Source: Ignicoccus islandicus DSM 13165
GTDB lineage: Archaea > Thermoproteota > Thermoprotei_A > Sulfolobales > Ignicoccaceae
Assembly: GCF_001481685.1 (NCBI RefSeq)
Contig: NZ_CP006867.1
Location: 720,001-752,000 of the forward strand
Direction: 5' to 3'
Length of the DNA stretch: 32,000 nucleotides
The translations under genes were made by a program, and so were the position numbers. The notes under the pieces are model-generated. The model ran no database searches, had not been told where the DNA came from, and saw only the letters and a list, made by a program, of their open reading frames with translations. The first letter of the stretch is position 1. Each line of letters opens with the position of its first letter. Positions 27,658 through 32,000 of the stretch are shown one piece after another.

Positions 27658-28599
27658 TCATAGAGTCACGAACTCGATTGATTCTATTCCATACTTGTTT
27701 ATTGGAAGAAGTTTGGAGATCTTTCTCAAGTCTACGTTACATTTACCCTTGCATTTCACGACAATTCTGCTATCACTCCTCTCGATGAAATATATATTTG
27801 AGGAACCGGGATTAAGCGCATCTATTAACTTCATCACCTTGACGTCATCGTCTTCTTCTTCGCGAGCCATTTTCTCGAGAACGTTCAAGGCCTCTTCCCC
27901 AATAACTGATTCCACCTCTTCCTTGCCTCCGAGCGCATCTAGCCTTACCTCTAGCAATTCCTCGGGGGAACCGTGACCTTCTATTAAGAACCGCACTAAT
28001 TGTGCGTAAGCTATGCTTAGGGGTAAGTCTGCTGCCACAGTCCACGAAATCCTGTCGTTGAAAACCTTCTCCCCCTTTCCGAAGTCGTAGTTCCGAGCTA
28101 TCGCTAGTAATAAGTCCAATTTCGATGTACCCATTTCTCTGGAAAGTAAATCGAGTGCCTTTACACCCATTAAGAGAGGACCTTTGACTTCTACGCTTAC
28201 ATCCTTTGTAGAGTTAGAATACAAAGGAGCTATTTCCGATGCTACAGTGCTTAGAGCTTCCTCTAATTCTCCTTCCCCTTCGGCTGTTTTGAGCAATGAG
28301 AAAAGGGCCACGCAAGGTCTCGGATCGTCTCCACATATAGTTATGGTCTTCTTATGACGCAGTATAGAGAGAGCATCATGTAAGTTAGTGACCTCTGTCA
28401 TCTCTGAGCTTATTGGAATAGGATAGAAATTGTAACCCATGAAAATGTAGTCGCTATATAGATCTGAATAAAGATCATCTAAAACGAGAAGGGCCCTAGA
28501 GGAATCTTCATCTAGGAGGTAGTCTAGATTAGATCCTTCTATTATCCAATGGTCTTTAATGACCGCCCTCTTTACCCTCAATCTGATCCCGACCGTCAC
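27658..28599 (-). CDS. Hypothetical protein (track ORF extends to 28677)
   Basis: 339-aa track ORF. The N-terminal about 26 residues look non-coding and overlap the TATA-like CATATATC, so GTG 28599 or TTG 28581 is more plausible. No family recognised. Confidence 0.55.
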   Translation of the reverse strand: MTVGIRLRVKRAVIKDHWIIEGSNLDYLLDEDSSRALLVLDDLYSDLYSDYIFMGYNFYPIPISSEMTEVTNLHDALSILRHKKTITICGDDPRPCVALFSLLKTAEGEGELEEALSTVASEIAPLYSNSTKDVSVEVKGPLLMGVKALDLLSREMGTSKLDLLLAIARNYDFGKGEKVFNDRISWTVAADLPLSIAYAQLVRFLIEGHGSPEELLEVRLDALGGKEEVESVIGEEALNVLEKMAREEEDDDVKVMKLIDALNPGSSNIYFIERSDSRIVVKCKGKCNVDLRKISKLLPINKYGIESIEFVTL

Positions 28600-28750
28600 C
28601 GAATAATAGATATATGTCTCAAAAACGTATGTGTCTAAATGGTCGGTAAAGGAGGATCTCGAAGATATATTCGCCAAGGATCTTTCAAACCGTTTATGTT
28701 TTCAGCTACCCTTATTAGTGATACAGTGAGAGAATTCCAATGGTGAGTGC

Positions 28751-31700
28751 TTGAGTTCAGTGAACCAAACTAGGAGAAAGATTATAAAGACCATTGCCAT
28801 TGGCGCTGCCTTCGCTGCTATCAGTAAGGCTTCTAAAGTTCCAAACGAACAACTCGCGGCTGAGTTAGAGGGCATTACCTCTAAGCTTCAAAAGAACGTT
28901 AGGATGGCTCCAGTGAGAATAGAAAGGATACCAGTAGGTCCTTGTAGGTTCTGTGGAACTGGATGTGGCGTGCAAGCCTTAGCTAAGGTTGACACTGCCA
29001 CTGGAGAAACCCTCGATATGCTAGCTATTCTCGGTATGCCTAAGTACCCAGTAAACAGGGGAGCGATGTGTACGAAAGCATTCTACATCCATAAAGCGCT
29101 CGGTTACGGTGGTAATAAGGAAGCTTACAAACTAAGGCTCAAGAAACCAGCAGTTATTAAGGACTGGATAATTCCCGAACTAGGTAGGCCTCCGATAAAG
29201 GAAGACGAGATATTCCTTGCACCGAGAGTCAAGTACGGTCAAGTTAGCAAGAACTACGACGCTAAGCTGACTCAAGAAGAACATTACGCAAAGAACATGG
29301 TAGAAGTCGACTGGGACACTGCAGTAAAGTTCTTCGTTACTATGTTCAAATACGCCCTTAAGAGGTACGGACCTCACAGCTTCGCTTACTACGGAAGCGG
29401 ACAATTAGGAACCGAGGAGAGCTACGTAATCAACAAGTTAACCAAGGGAGGTATTCACACTAACAACCTAGACGGAAACCCGAGAATGTGTATGGTCTCA
29501 GCGGTAGGTGGTTTCATTACCTCCTTCGGTGCTGACGAGCCCGAGGTATCCTACGATCACATCGACATAGTAGACAAGGCCAACCCCGCTTCTAAGATGC
29601 ACGCAACCACGTTCTTCTTAATAGGTACTAACACTGCTGAGGCTCACCCGATAGTCTTCGGTAGAATAGCTAAGGTTAAGGAGAAGAACCCCAACGCAAA
29701 GGTCATACTAGCTGACCCAAGGAAGACCAGGAGCGGAGCTATCGCCGATCTATGGCTACCTCTAAGGTGGTCCATGGACGTCGCTCTGATGAACACTCTC
29801 GCTCACATAGTTGCCTTCGAACTCGACCACTGTAAGGTCATCGACGTAGAGAAAGGTATAGTTCAATGCGATGAGAAGTACGTTGATATCAAGTGGCTCA
29901 AGAGGCATGCTGACTTCGCCGTAATTAAGAACAGCCAGAAGACTTGGGCTAAGAAGGACTATAACACCAAGTACAACAAGATGGGAGAGCTCAACGAAGT
30001 ATGGGACATGGGCACCACTGCAAGCGCCGCCACCAACTACGGAATGTACCCGAGCGTAGGTAAGAAGTACGCCTCCGAAGAGGACGTAGAGAGGGACTGG
30101 TGGAAGGGCTTCGCCCTATACTTGAAGTTCCTTGAGACCTACAAGCCCGAAATAATGGCCAAGTTACTCTTCGGTGACCAAGCACCGCTAATCAACAAGA
30201 AGTTGGCCGAAAAGCTAGTTGCAGCCGGCGAGCTAGCTCCTGAGAAGGTTAACCTAGGAGCTAATACTCCCTTCGTTGAGATAGACCCTGTCGAAGCACT
30301 GAGATTAGCTGCGAAGTGGATGGCTAACGAGAAGGGTCAGAAGGGCAGGACCTTAGTGTTCTGGACCATGGGCGTAAACCAGAAGATGCAAGGTGTCCAC
30401 ACAGTCAACACAATAATCAACTTCCTCGCACTAACTGGCCAGCTATTGAAGTGGGGAGCCGGTGCCCTAAGCCTTACCGGACAGCCGAACGCTTGCGGAG
30501 GTATCAGAGACCAAGGAGGTTTGGCTCACGTACTACCTTACGGAAGGCTAATTGCTGTTAAGGCTGCTAGAGAGGAAGTCGAAAACATATGGAGGCAAGT
30601 AACTGCTGAGTTAATGAGAAGGCAAGGATACAGCGAGAGCGAAATACAAAAGACAATGAAGGAGATCTACGTCCACCCATCCCCCGGACCTCACGTAATC
30701 GAGATGTTCAGAAGAGTGAACGCCGGACAGCTAAAGATCGTCTGGATAGCCGAAACCAACCCCGGACAAAGCCTACCGAACGTATACAAGTACAGAGTGG
30801 GAATGGCCAAGCCACACGACGATTGCAAGGCCTTCCCGTTCGTAGTTGTAAGCGATATTTACCCAACTAGAACGACCGACGTAGCCGACCTAGTCTTCCC
30901 GGCAGCCGCTTACGCTGAGAAGGAGTTCTTCTATGGATGTACTGAGAGAAGGTACTCAGTAGTTAATTACACAATAAGGCCTCCGGGAGAGGCTATAGGC
31001 GACCACGTAATATTCGCCTTAGTAGGAAAGGCCCTAGAAGACGAAGGCCTAGTGCCCAAAGGCATCGTAAGTGGGTTCTTCCCTGAGAACGTTGACGAGG
31101 CCGCTAAGAAGGAAGGTATCAGCTGGGTTCAGTACGTGGTTAAGAAGAGCCAAGAGAAGAAGTGGCATATGAAGTTCCTAGACAACATATACGACGTAGA
31201 CATACTGAGCCTATCTAAGAACACCTACTATGACTTCAGCTACGCAAAAAGAGAAATATTCAGGAAGAAGACGTGGGAAGAACAGCACGGTTACAGATGG
31301 CCATGGCCATGGACCTACGCTGTTAACAAGAACGTGAAGGAGAGATACGATAAATACGAGAGCGCTACCAGATACGCCTATCCGTACGATCCTCTAATGC
31401 CGGAACCTAAGCTAGTTAAAGAGATATACAATAAGATAAAGAACATGAACGATCCAGAGGAGATAAAGCACTACCTAATGAGTATTCCAGACGAGGAACT
31501 GCACCCCATACACAAACACAAGTGGGTCGCTAAGGCCTATAAGAATCCAGCGCTACTGAAGTGGGTATTAAAGAACATTGTCGAGGAAATCGACGACATT
31601 GCCTACAAGGAAGCTAACAAGCTCAACCCAGAGTGGTACGGCTTGTTCTATGCGAAGCCCACTGGTAGAATGACCGTATGGGCTAGGCCGTGGTTGCCGG

Positions 31701-32000
31701 TCAACATAGATCACAACACCGGTGTGGTAACCATAAATGACAACGTCATCATCGCCTACGAGAAGCTTGATGCAGACGCCGTCTTCAAAGGTAAGATAAA
31801 CATCTTCGAGGCACCAAAAGGACCATTCGTCGTGGCTGAGAAACACGTAGGTAAACCAGTCAAGGACGTCAATGAGGCCCTCGAGATGCTAAAGACTAAG
31901 AGCTGGGGCGAGATGATCTCCAACCCAGAGTACAAGAAGTATCTAGAATCGATATTTGCCATAGCTCTAGCTCCTGCTGAAGTACCTGGATTCAAACTAG
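28751..32000 (+). CDS. NapA-type periplasmic/exported nitrate-reductase-like molybdopterin oxidoreductase, Tat signal; 3' truncated by window edge (missing from the ORF track)
   Basis: The frame is open from TTG 28751 (SD GGTGAG at 28742-28747) to base 32000. Tat-like TRRKIIKTIAIGAAFAAISKAS; 4Fe-4S motif CRFCGTGC-x34-C-T-K; Mo-ligand region NPRMCMVSAVGGFITSFGADEPEVSYDHID; FWTMGVNQKMQGVHTVNTIINFLALTGQLLKWGAGALSLTGQPNACGG; YPTRTTDVADLVFPAAAYAEKEFFYGCTERR. Confidence 0.92.
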   Translation, partial: MSSVNQTRRKIIKTIAIGAAFAAISKASKVPNEQLAAELEGITSKLQKNVRMAPVRIERIPVGPCRFCGTGCGVQALAKVDTATGETLDMLAILGMPKYPVNRGAMCTKAFYIHKALGYGGNKEAYKLRLKKPAVIKDWIIPELGRPPIKEDEIFLAPRVKYGQVSKNYDAKLTQEEHYAKNMVEVDWDTAVKFFVTMFKYALKRYGPHSFAYYGSGQLGTEESYVINKLTKGGIHTNNLDGNPRMCMVSAVGGFITSFGADEPEVSYDHIDIVDKANPASKMHATTFFLIGTNTAEAHPIVFGRIAKVKEKNPNAKVILADPRKTRSGAIADLWLPLRWSMDVALMNTLAHIVAFELDHCKVIDVEKGIVQCDEKYVDIKWLKRHADFAVIKNSQKTWAKKDYNTKYNKMGELNEVWDMGTTASAATNYGMYPSVGKKYASEEDVERDWWKGFALYLKFLETYKPEIMAKLLFGDQAPLINKKLAEKLVAAGELAPEKVNLGANTPFVEIDPVEALRLAAKWMANEKGQKGRTLVFWTMGVNQKMQGVHTVNTIINFLALTGQLLKWGAGALSLTGQPNACGGIRDQGGLAHVLPYGRLIAVKAAREEVENIWRQVTAELMRRQGYSESEIQKTMKEIYVHPSPGPHVIEMFRRVNAGQLKIVWIAETNPGQSLPNVYKYRVGMAKPHDDCKAFPFVVVSDIYPTRTTDVADLVFPAAAYAEKEFFYGCTERRYSVVNYTIRPPGEAIGDHVIFALVGKALEDEGLVPKGIVSGFFPENVDEAAKKEGISWVQYVVKKSQEKKWHMKFLDNIYDVDILSLSKNTYYDFSYAKREIFRKKTWEEQHGYRWPWPWTYAVNKNVKERYDKYESATRYAYPYDPLMPEPKLVKEIYNKIKNMNDPEEIKHYLMSIPDEELHPIHKHKWVAKAYKNPALLKWVLKNIVEEIDDIAYKEANKLNPEWYGLFYAKPTGRMTVWARPWLPVNIDHNTGVVTINDNVIIAYEKLDADAVFKGKINIFEAPKGPFVVAEKHVGKPVKDVNEALEMLKTKSWGEMISNPEYKKYLESIFAIALAPAEVPGFKL

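Noticed and set aside
28740-28755. ATG at 28740 as start of the NapA-like gene
   Set aside because: In its own frame it hits TGA after four codons and it is not in frame with the long ORF.
29180-31995. Minus-strand ORFs 29180-29404, 29991-30185, 31568-31846 and 31756-31995
   Set aside because: All are antisense to the clearly coding NapA-like frame, which the track simply failed to list because it has no stop in the window.
28931-32000. Possible frameshift in the NapA-like gene, because the window ends in TAG
   Set aside because: Re-indexing codons at many points (28937, 29039, 29339, 29639, 29939, 30959, 31259, 31559, 31979) gives the same frame. The terminal TAG is out of frame and the ORF is simply open at the edge.
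1-32000. CRISPR arrays, transposases/integrases, toxin-antitoxin or restriction/defence cassettes
   Set aside because: No regularly spaced direct repeats, cas genes, transposase signatures, terminal inverted repeats or nuclease/antitoxin pairs were recognised; gene content is housekeeping-like.

Overview
The window looks like a stretch of hyperthermophilic crenarchaeal chromosome. Gene content and archaeal-type promoters suggest a Desulfurococcales/Ignicoccus-like organism; this is an inference, not verified. It is gene-dense and mostly housekeeping: CCA-adding enzyme (5'-truncated), a COG2112-type kinase, purC-purS-purQ, radA-wHTH-nreA, an MBL-fold hydrolase, leuS, rps17e-rps24e-rps27ae, kae1, a beta-propeller protein with hisI, GGGP synthase, hisC, a cupin, METTL5-like and NSUN6-like RNA methyltransferases, an HxlR-type regulator, a GT4 glycosyltransferase, the GMP synthase B subunit and tRNA-Ser(GGA). 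At the right edge is a very large NapA-type molybdopterin oxidoreductase with a Tat signal, open at the window end and absent from the supplied ORF track. I found no CRISPR array, transposon or obvious defence island. The items most worth follow-up are: (1) the enlarged Tat-exported NapA-like enzyme; (2) a 1334-aa predicted surface protein with a four-fold alternating two-module repeat and two C-terminal TM helices; (3) purQ, whose conserved N-terminus can only be reached by starting at a near-cognate AUA codon behind a strong Shine-Dalgarno, or by a +1 shift out of purS; (4) inverted repeats at the starts of rps17e and of two HTH-regulator genes that look like autoregulatory operators or translational hairpins; (5) overlapping gene pairs that couple uncharacterised proteins to repair, tRNA-maturation and histidine genes. 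No clearly novel multi-gene system is provable from the sequence alone.
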